DNA of 64,000 nt from the human T2T-CHM13v2.0 reference genome, Homo sapiens. The DNA lies in NCBI RefSeq assembly GCF_009914755.1, contig NC_060925.1; one strand, 5' to 3'. Below the pieces are notes generated by a model. The model did not search any database, was not told where the DNA came from, and worked only from the letters and a program-made list of their open reading frames with translations. Within the stretch, counting starts at the first letter, position 1, and each line of letters opens with the position of its first letter. The position numbers and the translations under genes were made by a program. Shown piece by piece: positions 15,161-27,150 of the stretch.

Positions 15161-15764
15161 TAGTATTTATCACCTTTGGTATAGCCTTAAAACCACAAAA
15201 GCATGCCATATGCTCCTATATGTAATCATGGCTCACTCTGGCAGAGGTCCTCAAAGTTGGGCTTTCTGCCTCCATTAAGAATCACTAACCTGGGTTTAGC
15301 TGAATGATTAGAAAGATAAAACCCAAGCCACCTCATATGAGGATAGTGCAGACTTGCTCCCCTGAAATGCTTTGTTGCAATCAATGACCGTGGCCTGTGT
15401 CAAAGAGTGTTATAAAGCAGGAATATTCAGAGGGGCTATGGAAAAGATAAGGCTAAAGATGCTGTTCATTATCATCGCACAGTGTTTTCTTGAGAAAAAA
15501 TGCCTCCCAGTGGTAGGAACAGCAGGGCCATTTCTCTGAGCAGCCCTGTGATTTTACAGTAGACTTTATTGTCCTCTTGGAGTTGCTGCTGGAAAGCAGA
15601 AAGCTACATTTGTAGCCCTCCCATAGCCATGGATAGAACACTAAAGCATAGTTTGGATACTGAGCTTGTTCCTTGCTGCAACTTATTTTCCTACCCTACT
15701 TTCTTCTAACCTCATCTTCCTAACTAGTATTTTATCTTGCGACAGTGTGTACATTTTCTAAGAC

Positions 15765-16430
15765 GTGTGTGAGAGTTTAGCCAAGTGTACAGTCAGAAAG
15801 AATACAGTCTACACAGGACAGCCCTCACTTCTGATACCAACTGCAAGTTCAAGGAGTTCCAAAAACTACCCTCAGTTTTAATAATTTGCTAGAAGGATTC
15901 ACAGAATACAATGAAAGCTGTTATATTCATGGTTATGTCTTATTGCAGAGGAAGGACACATATTAAAATCAGCCTAGGAAAGAAGCGCACAGAGTCCAGG
16001 GAAGTACTAAGTACGTCCTTTCCCATGGGGTTAGGACAAGGTACTCTTCTGGCATCAGTGTGTAACAATACACACACAATATTTCCAACCAGGAAAACTC
16101 GCCCAAGCCTCGGAGTTTTTACTAGGACTAAATCACACGCTGCCCACGTGGCTGACTGTCAGTCACCGGCCCTTCCAAAGGTCAGGCTGACACCTTTGTT
16201 CTCCAGTCCCTCTGGAGGTAGAAATGATAGTGCTTGGCATAAATCCCTCATCATAAATCACACTGTTGAACTGTCTGATGGCCAAGGCCCTTAGACAAAC
16301 AAAGACACTCTTATCAGGCATGGCATTCCAGGGCCTAGAGATCGGCAGCCCACAGCGGAGGGCAAAGGCCAGACCTCTCTTTGGGAAAGGCTGATTCTTC
16401 GCTAGGCAACAAAAATTCATCTTTAGAACA
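15765..16430. mobile_element. MER21-family LTR
   Basis: gccctcacttctgatacca..ataatttgctagaa motif shared with 35000-35830. Confidence 0.65.
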
Positions 16431-17614
16431 AGCCAACAAGAAGGAAGGAAGGAAGGAACAAACCAACCAATCAAACTGGACTCCTCAATCCTGCCCTGCA
16501 CTGACAATGACACTGCTGGAGAACAAGGTCCCTCAGGGAGAAGTCCAGGGTGAAGGATTCTAGCAGGGACCCTCTGTGCTCATAGCCGTTGAGCCCCTTT
16601 ATGAGCTGGTACCCTGGGTTGGAGAAGGGGGGTTAAGGGTGCCACCCAGCTCTTAGTGAGGTGAAGAGAGATATCACATAGTGTCCTCTGAGACCAAGGA
16701 AGGTGCAGAGATGCTCAAGCACATCAAGGCTGACTTGGACTCGTTCTATCACCTCATTTTATTGGGTAAGATTCCCAGGCAGAAGGTTAGGACGTGCAGT
16801 AGAAAGTGGGCGTCCTGGCAGCTTTGCAGGACCATTTGGGAAGGACGCAGGGTCAGGGTCACAGTTGACACCCAGGCCCTTAGAGCTACTTTCGTGAATC
16901 TTCAGGCCGCACCTGGACAAACAGCTATTGTTTCTCCCCTGGCACTCTGAGGAGTCCTGGGGAACTCAGAGGCCTGTGATTGTCCCCTTACCCCCGCCAC
17001 CAAAACACAAAACAAAACAAAAAAACTTGTCTGTAAGGCCACAGAGCTCCCTCTGCAGAACAGCATACAGACCCATGTCAATGGCTCACCCCAGCAGCAA
17101 ACGGGAAGCAGGAGACGTAGACAACCCTGGGGGGAGGGTGCCTAGAGAGCTTGGAGAGTCATGAGGGCCAAGCTGAGGATTCTGGGCTCCTGTAGGTCTC
17201 CCAAGCCCACATGCACACGAGACTCCAGCTCCTTCCACCTCTCTGTTCGTGCCCTGTGTGTGCCTCTAGCTCTGGCCCCCGCCTCGCCCCTCACCCACAC
17301 CCTACAGCCTCACTGCTGGAGAGAAGTTGCCTATGTCTTAGGCCAAGAGCCAGAAGGCAGCTCAGTGTTGGTGAGACCACAGGAAACCAGTTCTCTGGAA
17401 GGATCCACAACTTCTGTGGTTGTGAAAAGGACACACATCTCACTGCTTGGGCCCTGTTGCCCTTGTTTTCCTAACGCTTGAGATTCCTCTGCCTCCACAC
17501 ATCTGCCTCCTCCAAGCTCCCCTCACTCCATGCCAGGCTGCTGAGGTTGCAGTGATGACTGAACCATTATCCTAGCCCCCAGGGCTCAGAACCCAGTTAA
17601 AGGACAAGATGCAC

Positions 17615-17907
17615 CAACAAGGGAGAGCTTTTGGGCTCACTCCTCTCTCTGGAGATGCTGTTCTCAGCCTTGCAGGATGAGATCCCAGCATCCTGCTCTG
17701 ACTTCACTGGGAACAAGAGGGAAACAGCTCCATCATGGGGAGCCGAGTGATCCCCAGGACAGATACCCAAGATCTCTCCATTGAGGTAGAACAAGTACAG
17801 GATTGGAGGGGAGCCCCTCTGGGCCTCACAGAGGAGCTGTACCACATCTTCCACAGCAGGGTCAGCGGGACCGTGGTGCAGAGTGAGCACAGGATGGGAC
17901 ACAGGAG
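17615..17907 (-). pseudogene. FCRL6P1: FCRL6P1 Ig domain 3 exon
   Basis: tcccag| acceptor; LLCEAQRGSPPILY..SCKAENS; apparent 4-codon insertion and 1-bp deletion near the 3' end; weak donor G|GTGCAT. Confidence 0.85.
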
Positions 17908-18063
17908 CTGGGACACACATGGGATGGGAGGCTCAGCCTGACCACCCAAGACCCTGGCTCCCTCCTCTCCTGGGGACACTTCCCACAACTCCTCTCCTCC
18001 CAGGGGGTCCCACTGCATGATGCCCAGACCCCTGGGGGCGTCGCCACTCCCTCGCTCATTTAC

Positions 18064-18348
18064 CCTGCACTCTGACCTCCAGCTGGGGGCTCTGCTTCTG
18101 GACCTGGCCACCCTCGGGGGCCGCCTCACACCAGTAAAGCCCAGAGTCTCCCTCCTTGACTCCTGGGATGCAGAGTTCTGGGTGGGGGCCCCTGTCCTGC
18201 AAGGTGTGGCCATCCTTGTGGAAGGAGAAAAGGAGCCTCCAGGCTGACCTCAGGGGGTGCAGCTTTGTTTGACATCTCAGGGTAACCAGGCTTCCCTCTT
18301 AGGGCTCAGGAGTGGGGGCGACACTCAGTACAGGAGGTGGGAACTGCT
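18064..18348 (-). pseudogene. FCRL6P1: FCRL6P1 Ig domain 2 exon (285 bp, phase 1-1)
   Basis: ccccag| acceptor, G|GTAAAT donor; reads QFPPPVLSVAPTPEP*EGSLVTLRCQTK..DSGLYWCE..LEVRVQ; TAA at 18299-18301. Confidence 0.92.
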
Positions 18349-18864
18349 CTGGGGAGATGCAGGCCCAGGGCTCAGGAGGGGAGTCCTGGATGATAAAGCC
18401 CCAGGAGGCTGAGGCCTGAGCTTCTACTCAGTCCAGGCTGCAGCCCGGGAACCCCAACGGGAGGCAGTTTCATCACCAAGACCTGTCCTCTTGTCCTCAC
18501 CCACAAGCTCTGAAATGACTCCCACACAGCCAGACCCTTCTGGAATCTTGGAAGTCAGAGGCAGAGGGGGCCTTCGAGGTCCTCTAGTCCACAGAGGGGA
18601 AGGGTGAGCCTGGACTGGTCCAGGCTTTTCCCAGTGCCCCACTCCCAGGAATCTCCCCCCTCCTTCCCCTGGCTACATGTGTCCCCCATGGTGGGGAGAT
18701 GGGGGTATTGAGACAACATCTTGGGAAACCTCGGGTCCCCACACATTGGCCCAGCATGAGGGGCAGCCAGAGACAGGGGTCCTGTCCAGAGAGCTACTGA
18801 TCTCTAGAGACGGGACCCCTGAGAGGCACCTCCTGCCCCACAAACTCCCAAGCTGGTGACTTAC

Positions 18865-19131
18865 CTTGGACTTGAACCATGGCAGTCTCTGAAGTTTGTG
18901 TGAATGTCTGTGGAATATACATCACCTGCCCAGTGCAGCTGTACTGGCCACGGCTCTGCATTGTTGCTCCTCTCATGGACAGAGTCTGGTTTTCCTTAGA
19001 GAAATGAAGGAATTTTCCATCTCTGTAGAACTTCACCTGAGACAGTGGTGTATTCTTCCATCCCTGACATCACAGAGTCAGGGCATCTCCTTCAAACACA
19101 GGGTTTGGCCAGGCTTGGAGGTACAGCCAGG
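18865..19131 (-). pseudogene. FCRL6P1: FCRL6P1 Ig domain 1 exon (267 bp, phase 1-1)
   Basis: ttgcag| acceptor, G|GTAAGT donor; in-frame TGA at 19070-19072 (Arg in FCRL6). Confidence 0.92.
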
Positions 19132-20219
19132 CTGCAAGGCAGAGGAACAGGGCAGCCCTGGAGCTGCAGGTCCCATCAGTCACTTCTCTCCCTCTGTCCT
19201 CCAGCCTAAGGCCTCTGCTGGGGATGGAGGCCCTTGGATGGTACCGGTGCAGTGTCACTGTCTCCAGTCCTTCATGCTGACCAGAGAAGGGCAGGACCTG
19301 GACTTCCTTTTACTCCCTCTCCTCCCTTTCCTTCTCTCCTTCCTCTTCTCTTCCCATCTGCCTCTATCCTTTCCCTTTTCTTCTCCCTTTTTCTCTCTCC
19401 CTGATCCTACCATATATTGGGTTTTCTTCCCCATTGACATATTTGGTTCCAGCTAGAATCATCCCAATTATGTAGCTATCTTATTCCTCCTGAACAGATT
19501 CCAATTTCTTCACACTTCACATGCTGCCCCAGTCCAGGCTGACCCAATAGTCCCCACCTCCAGTGACAGCTCCAGGTCCGGACGTGTGAGAATCCAGGGA
19601 TTGAAGGAGCCTGATCTGGCTCGCTCCTACCTTCTTCCTTAAAGGCTCCCAGAGGTCCAGACTCCATCGATGCCCCACACCAATACCGATCCCCAGCAGG
19701 GGCTTCAGTTTCCACCCCAGCCATGCAAAGGCCCCGTCCTGTCTGTTCTCATCCTAAACTTACGTTCTCTGTCCTGATTGGGCAGGACAAGGGTCTCTCC
19801 CCAGGTATGGAATCTCCCATAGGTCAGGTAGCCTCAAGAGCCAACAGCCATGGCTGGGAGTCAAGCCTGAGGATCATGATGAAGGATGGCAGAAATGGGG
19901 CTCATGGAAGAGTTCCCTTCTCATTCCCATTATGAGCAAGAAGAACACAGGTGTAATCAGCCTCTTCCTGGACCATAGGCACCTTCCATCACTCCTGGAA
20001 CTTATGAGGATCACAAGGTCCCTGAGCATAGGCCCGGGTGTTCAAACCTGGTTTCTCTATTGCCACCAACCACAGAGCACTTGGGTTTCCAAGTGTGGTC
20101 TGAACTCCTTCCCCAAGCAGTAACATAGATAACTCCCTGGGAGTCTCAGTACTCATATGTACGTCAGAGATCTCATCTCTTTAACAAAGGTACTGATTCA
20201 ATGGAAGGCAGAGAAGCAG

Positions 20220-21140
20220 GATTTATTCATTATTCATTCATTGACTTATTCATTCATCAATCATTTATTGAGTACCTCTACATGCCAGGCCCTCGGATAT
20301 ATGCTAGTTTATAGTGTAGAAAGCGAAAAAAGAGATAAAGTGTGACAGAGGGGGCACAGAGAGGAACTGCTTAGTTCTACCTGGGGAGGAGACCCAAAGA
20401 GGTGAGATTGCTTTGACCTCATCTTGCAAGATAAGTATTCAGTATAAGGGAGATGTAGGGAGAGGCTGTTTCAAGATGTAGCCACATGAGCAAGGACACA
20501 GCCAGGAGTAGTCTGGGAACTGGTGGAGTGTGGCATGGCTGGAGAGGCAGGCTGTGAAGAGGATGTGCTAAGAAGTAAGCCTGGGGAGGCAGTAATCAGA
20601 CAAACTCAAACTACACCAGAGCAGTGGGAAAGGAAAGGAGGGATTTGAAATTGGGAGTAATTGAATCAAACTTGCATTCGAGATCTGATGGCTGCCAAGT
20701 AAAGAATGATCAGAACAGGGTGAGAAAAAGACTGAGCCTATTGCAATTGCCTGGGCAAGAGAGAGAGGTGTCAGCTGAAACAATGGCAGTGAGGTGAAAA
20801 GGAGGGCGTAGATCAGAGTGACACTAAGGAGGCAGAATCTATAAGACTTGATGATACAGACTTGAAGATTTGATGAGGGTGAGGGGCAAAAGAGAGGGAG
20901 GAATTCAGGATAATAGGAAATTGAGGGCAAGACGCTGATCTGTAGGAAAATGTAAGTTAAAATGTGTCCATCTTCAGATGAGATGTTCTTGGCATGGCCA
21001 GGTGGAGATATCCCTCAGTTAAAGTCTATATGTAACTTCAGGATCTGTTCTGGGCTGGAGATAGAGACTTGGGAGTCATTTACATTTGGTGGTGCTTGAA
21101 GCCAGCTGTGTGGATGGAGCACTCCAGAACTCAAGGAAGG
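20220..21140 (-). mobile_element. L2 remnant
   Basis: attcattcat..tttattgag..tgccaggc L2 3' signature followed by purine-rich L2 body. Confidence 0.7.
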
Positions 21141-21151
21141 AGTATAGGTTG

Positions 21152-21153
<2 letters not shown>

Positions 21154-21183
<30 letters not shown>
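21154..21183. repeat. (GT)n microsatellite
   Basis: ~15 perfect units. Confidence 0.98.
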
Positions 21184-21185
<2 letters not shown>

Positions 21186-21704
21186 GTTGTTTTTAACCTG
21201 TTGCTTTTTATATATAAAGAATATCTATATAATATATATGGCTTAAAATAGCACAAGGGCAAAAACAACTAAGATGGTTATTAATAAGGAATTTGTTAAA
21301 TAAATTATGGTCCAGCCATATAATGAAATATAATGTAGCCATGAGAAAGAACAAGGTAGATCCATAAATACCTGTATGGAATGAGCCCAAGATAAAGTGT
21401 TAGTGAAAAACACTAAAAGCAACATGTGAAGCCATGTGTACAGTGCACCTCCATTTGTATATAAAAAGAAACATGCATACATATTCACACACATATGTAT
21501 GCTTGCATATGCATATAAAATGTTTAGAATGTAAGGGAAGACTGGGTAACCAACTCATGGGCTAGGGTGAGGGAGAAACAATTTTCACAATGTGCTTCTT
21601 TGTTCTTTTTTAAAAAATTTAATGCATTTACTATATTCACATATATGTTTCAATTAAAAAGCTAAATAAAATAAAATATTCCAATCTTCTTTATTTCCCC
21701 ATAG

Positions 21705-21974
21705 AGCTTTCAATAAACCTCTCTTTCTTGAAGTTACCTGAGAATGGATCCATTCCCTGCAACTGAAGATTCTAAGGAACTGGGTTTCTCAGTATACAAT
21801 GGGAATGGTTGGGAGGAGGTAAAGAGTAGAAGACAGTATCAAGAATCCAGAGCCCAGCACCTGTAGTCCTAACTATTCAGATTCCTTGAGCCCAGGAGTT
21901 TGAGTCCAGCCTGGACAACATATTGAGACCCCCATCTCTCTAAAAAAAAAGAGAAAGAAAGAAGGAAAGAAAAA

Positions 21975-22046
<72 letters not shown>

Positions 22047-22183
22047 AGGAAAGAAGGAAAGAAGGAAAGAAAGAAAGAGAAAGAAAGAAAAGAAGATTGT
22101 AGCTAGGGGGAGAGTAGGTGAAAAGATGAACAACATGACCGGGAAGATTTCCTAATCTCACCACAGCCTGGCTCTACCTTAAG
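21705..22183 (+). ncRNA. LINC01133: LINC01133 exon 2 (contains an Alu-monomer fragment and a GAAA repeat)
   Basis: Acceptor ttctttatttccccatag|, donor AAG|GTAGGT. Confidence 0.8.
21942..22095 (+). repeat. (GAAA)n tetranucleotide STR grown from a FLAM/Alu-monomer A-tail (monomer ~21853-21941)
   Basis: Long uninterrupted purine tract with a perfect GAAA core. Confidence 0.97.
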
Positions 22184-23672
22184 GTAGGTAGATGGACAAG
22201 TATAGCTACCTGGGTCACAGATGCTAAGATGACATCCAGACAGGTCAGAAATTAAGAAGAAAGGCAGATGAGGAAGGATAAACCCTATCTTATAAGACAA
22301 ATTCCTGGCACTCATTTCTTTTTTAAGTTTCCTTTTTGCTTTCCCTAGTCCTGCATTTTTGTTGAAGGCAGAAGATTAGAGAGAGACAAAGAATGGCTGA
22401 GTTGATATCCTTGTAGTTACAGTCTGAGTTCCCAGGTAGTACTGGAAGACGTGAGGTTAGCAGATGTAGTCTTTACTTCAGGAGAAAAAGAAGAGTTTTC
22501 TGCTAGAAATTGGTTCTAGTCTCTTTTCTACCCTCCTCCCATGCCATCTCCCCAGTTATAGAAAAGATTAGTCATGTCCCTGCAGGGTTAGCTCCCTATA
22601 GGGCCAGTGACAGCATCCTTCAGCTACTGCTGGTAGGGCTAGGACTTCACTCAGTAGAGAAGCCTGGTGTAAATGGAAGAAAATGACCAAAGAAAAGCGG
22701 AACGTGACCAGGCATAGATGTTTGCCACCAGGAACTGGGGAGGGAAAGGACCCTGAGGCTTTCTCGCCTAGACCCAGACCACAGCCCTGTGCAGACAGGC
22801 ACAGAAGCCTGAGCTCAGTAAGATGGAGCCAGCCATCTACACCTCAGCCAGACAGCTGTCCCCTCAGACAGACATTTCCAAACAGCCCAGGTGGTCAGAA
22901 TGGGACATGAACATAGGCGTACTCATGGAGACATGCAGGAACATGAGATCAAAGGCTCGCCAAACTTTCCATCACAGGGACCTGCCATGGGGAAAAGGGA
23001 GGGGGTGAGATTAGATAATAAGGACCTCCTGACAGAAAGAGTGGTTAGAAGTGGGACTGGTGCATACAGGAGGATCTGTGGCCTTTCTTCCTCCCTCTTC
23101 CTACACAGATTTGAAAACTGCCAGCCCCCACCACTGCCCCACCCCACCAGGTCATAGTTCCTATTAAGTTCCATAGGAACATTTCTGCACTGCATCCTGG
23201 CCATCCTGGCTTCAGGGTCTCCACAGAGTGAGCCCATGTCATACCCCTCCCCACTTCAGGAGGAACAAGACAAAAGGGCCAGGTGAGACCTCAGTGACAA
23301 CCACCTTGTCCTCCAAGAAGAAGCAAGCAGGACAAGACTTAGGGGTGGGAGATGGGGGCAGGCGAGGGGAACTTCATAAAGGAGACCTTGACTTTGGGGT
23401 TGTTAGGAAAAAGGTGGCTTTAGACAGGACTCCAGATCTGACGAGGTGGGTCTCAGGCACATAGGAAGATTTCCTAATATCTCCAGAACCTGGCTCTACC
23501 TTAAGGTAGGTAGATGGACAAATGTAGACACCTGGGTCACAGATGCTAAGAGGGCATCCAGACAGGCCAGCAGCTAAGAAGGGAGACAGATGAGCATGCA
23601 TAAACTGTATCTTATAAGACAGATTCCTGGCACTCTTTTCTTATTTAAATTGCCCTTTTGTTTTCCCTAGTC
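22141..23672 (+). repeat. Dispersed direct repeat, ~210 bp x2 (22141-22350 and 23464-23672)
   Basis: Shared cctggctctaccttaaggtaggtagatggacaa...tatcttataagaca..ttcctggcactc...ttccctagtc. Confidence 0.95.
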
Positions 23673-24160
23673 TTTAATAAAAGCTTGACTGAAGGTACCA
23701 AGGTGTGCTGAAGTGGAAGCAAAGTTCTCCAAAGTCCAGCATGGTAGACATCAGTGGTGGTAACCAAGGACAGACCCCAAGGCAAGGTGAACCTCAAAAA
23801 TGGAACCTCAAGTCTATGCAGTCCAGCTGCCCTCCCCACCAGAAAGTCCTTGTTCCAGCCCAACATCAGTGCCTCTGAGTTTGTTTACTAGAAACAAAGG
23901 AAGAATTTCCTTGTAAAAATATAGACAGAGTAGTCCCTGGCTTTCTCCTCTTGCAGGAAGGATGGATTCTCCCATTCCATACCATCTTTCCCCCACACTG
24001 GCCCCAGAAATACTTAATTCAACTATGTGAAAATAAAGATTGTTTTTGGTTTGAGGGCATAGGGATCCATTTATCCTTATTCTTTATGAGGCACTAAATT
24101 AGCTTTGTATGTTATTAAATGTGTCTCGTCAATGCTGTTGGCATTGTTTCATTTTAACTT
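23671..24160 (+). ncRNA. LINC01133: LINC01133 exon 3 (terminal)
   Basis: Acceptor cttttgttttccctag|; polyA signals at 24032 and 24114. Confidence 0.8.
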
Positions 24161-25542
24161 CTATTTGGTAATGTTCAATTTTCTGAATGTGTGGATCACT
24201 TAGCATGAGCAGAAAACCCTGCAAAAGTGGTGGAGGTAAGGAAAGGTTGTAATAATGGTTACAAAGCAGGAGCAGCATAAGGCTACCTAGGTGGTACGGT
24301 TTGAGTTGTTTTGGGAAAGCCCTTCTTAATCACCTCTCTCTAGGACACCACCCCAACACACATGAAATTCCGCTGATGTCTTTTTGGTTGCCACTATGTT
24401 CCCCAAGTTCTTTTAATATGCAAACACTGGTAGGAAAATAAGAAGAAATCACATCATATCTCTGTTTAGAAACTGGTCTAAGATGTTTATAAATGTTCAG
24501 AAAAAATGTAAATCTCCTTGGGTAAGCAGGCTTAGATGAAACTATGAGCTCATGTTGGCAAATGTGCAAGCTTTAGCATTTAAGCCAAGTGCTTTAAATC
24601 AATCTGAGCTTCAAAAGGCAATAGTTAAAAGTCAAGGTACGGTAGACAAAAAAAATATTTTCTTGACTGGAAGAGATCTTCATGAGACTCTTTACCATGA
24701 ATTACCTAGAGAAAATAACGTAAGGCAATCTTTTTTTTTTTTTTCACTTTAATTCAACTCAACAAAGATGTATTTAATTCTACTATATGTAAGTAAAACT
24801 GAAGACATAGAGTTGCATAAAACAGTTCTGTCCCCAGACAGTCTAGCCATGCAGGACAAAACACGTATGGAGACACAAAGCGAAGTGTCAGGTTGCTGTG
24901 AGAGTTTAAAGAAGGGAGATAGCCCATCCTGCTGGAGGTCTCACCAATAGCATTGAGAAGGGATTTGGAGGCAGCCATAAATTAATAAACTGTACATGAA
25001 GGAACTGGCTCAGAGATTGAAAATCACAGGACGTTTTAGGAAACTTTGGGTGGTGAGGTCTGGATGGAGCACAGAATCGGCGTGGGGAGTTAGAGGAAAA
25101 TTAGGGTCGGGGAGAAGATTGGGATGCTCTGAGCAAAACCAAGGCAAAGGAAGTTTAAGGCCAATCAGCAACGTGTGTCTTCCATCCTTTTCCTTTTCTT
25201 CTGCTGTGGAGGGTTCATCCCTCTCCAGCCAACAGAACAATGATTCTGAACACACTCCCAAGAGGGACTTCTGGGCTGCAGGCACCTCCCCACGGTGGGC
25301 TGTGCACTTGGACCTGCTCCTGTCAGGGGGACTCGCCTTCTCATCTGGCTTGGTGCCCATCCTCCTGAGACCCCTCTTCCCAGCCTCTTCCCCTCTGCCA
25401 CATCCCCCGACACCCTCCACCAGCCTTGTACCTTTCGTTCCTTTACCTCATGGCTGAAAGTGACTGGTGGTAGAAAGACACCCAACCTCACTGCCCAAGT
25501 GCCCACCCACTTCCTTCACTGATGGGCAACAGAGATCCCTGA

Positions 25543-25911
<369 letters not shown>

Positions 25912-26108
25912 TTACTACTGTTCACTCTCTAATGCTTTCCCTGCTCTCTTCCATCACTCTCTGCATGTTGGCATCTCTTGGACCCACCTGACTTTCTTTG
26001 CGTCACACGCAGAAGCAGAACTCACAGGAAGGAGAAGCCTGCATACACTAAGGGACCAGGGCTCTTGATGTGTGAGAGGGCAGTGGAGGCAGCATATCTC
26101 TTACCTTC

Positions 26109-26486
26109 TGTGATGGGCTGAATTGTGGCCCCCAAAACTCCTATGCTGCAGCCCTGACCCCCGTATCTCGGAATGTGATTGTATTTGGAGACAGGGTATT
26201 TTAAAGAGTAATCAATTTAAAATAAGGCCATTAGGGTGGGCCCTAATCCATTCTGATTGGTGTCCTTATAAGAAAAGGAAACCAGGACACAGATGCACAT
26301 AGAGGGAAGACTGTGCGGAGACACAAGGAGAAGACAGCCATCTACAAGCCAAGGAGGGAGGCCTCAGAAGAAACCAACCCTGCTGACCTTTGACTTTAGA
26401 CTTCCAGCCTCCAGATATATGAGGAAATTAACTTCTGTTGTTTAAGCCACCTGGTCTGTGCCATGTGTTACAGCAGCCTGAGCTGA
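26109..26486 (+). mobile_element. MLT1A-type MaLR solo LTR
   Basis: tgtgatgggctgaattgt..gggccctaatcca..tttaagccacc. Confidence 0.85.
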
Positions 26487-26710
26487 CTCCTGCATCTGCC
26501 AAGCCTGTGATGTCCTCAAGAAAAGCGGAGGACAACTTCTGGCCCCAACCAAGAAAGGAGCAAGGGCAGCAACCTCACAAGCCAGAGGGGAAACAGCCTT
26601 CCCAGACCAGGGGGTGCTGGCAAACAAGGCAAGCTCCTCTTTTCCATCTGCTTTCCATTCTCCCGTGACTGGCCTTAGAGCAGACTGTGCTGCTGCAGGC
26701 ATCTCTGTGC

Positions 26711-27150
26711 TGTCAGGGAGTGTGCTCAGGTCTCCCTTCAAGAGAACCTGGTGCAAGAAGCCTCCAGCCTCCTGCTGCTATATTTTGGTTGTGTTGGGTG
26801 TTCACACTGCCCCATGCTGCTCCCAGCCAATGACTGAGCACAGAGGGTGCCAGAAACAGGGCTAGAAACAGGCCACTGTGCCTGATGTGAGGCCTCGCTA
26901 AGAGGCGAGCTCTGTTCTGGGACACTAAGCCTGGCGGGGACATCCTGGAGCTGCACCACAGTTTGAGGATCATCCTACCTGATCCTCTTCCCAGCCTGCT
27001 CTCCTTTCCCAGGTGTCTGACCTGCACTGCAGTCTGAAGTCTCTCCTGACCACTCCTTCTGCCCGCTCTTCATCCTTCACAGGTGTGGTGTTTCCCACAA
27101 TGCCTCTGCAGGTCTAATCTTGTCTTGGCCTCTGCTTCTCAACAAATCTG
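26711..27150 (+). mobile_element. LTR33-like ERVL LTR
   Basis: 3' motif tctaatcttgtcttggcctctgcttctc. Confidence 0.55.

Larger units (their letters stand above)
17615..19131 (-). pseudogene. FCRL6P1: Unprocessed Fc receptor-like 6 pseudogene (three Ig-domain exons)
   Basis: Translations match human FCRL6 as I recall it: WLYLQAWPNPVFEGDALTL*CQGWKNTPLSQVKFYRDG..., ...HKDGHTLQDRGPHPELCIPG..., APVSHPVLTLHHGPADPAV...; introns retained. Confidence 0.92.

Noticed and set aside
17597-19258. Treating the FCRL6-like ORFs as a functional CDS
   Set aside because: In-frame stops in D1 and D2, probable frameshift in D3, and no leader exons found
19758-19790. Possible 21-bp second signal-peptide mini-exon of the FCRL pseudogene (donor GTAAGT at 19763)
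   Set aside because: No AG 21 nt upstream and no match to the FCRL6 leader as I recall it
24262-24290. - strand ATGCTGCTC (MLLLL) as the FCRL leader exon
   Set aside because: No donor at the expected ~31 nt; hydrophobic run too short
24996-25506. Overlapping 113-153 aa ORFs on both strands
   Set aside because: No recognisable domain; low-complexity GC-rich sequence partly in L2
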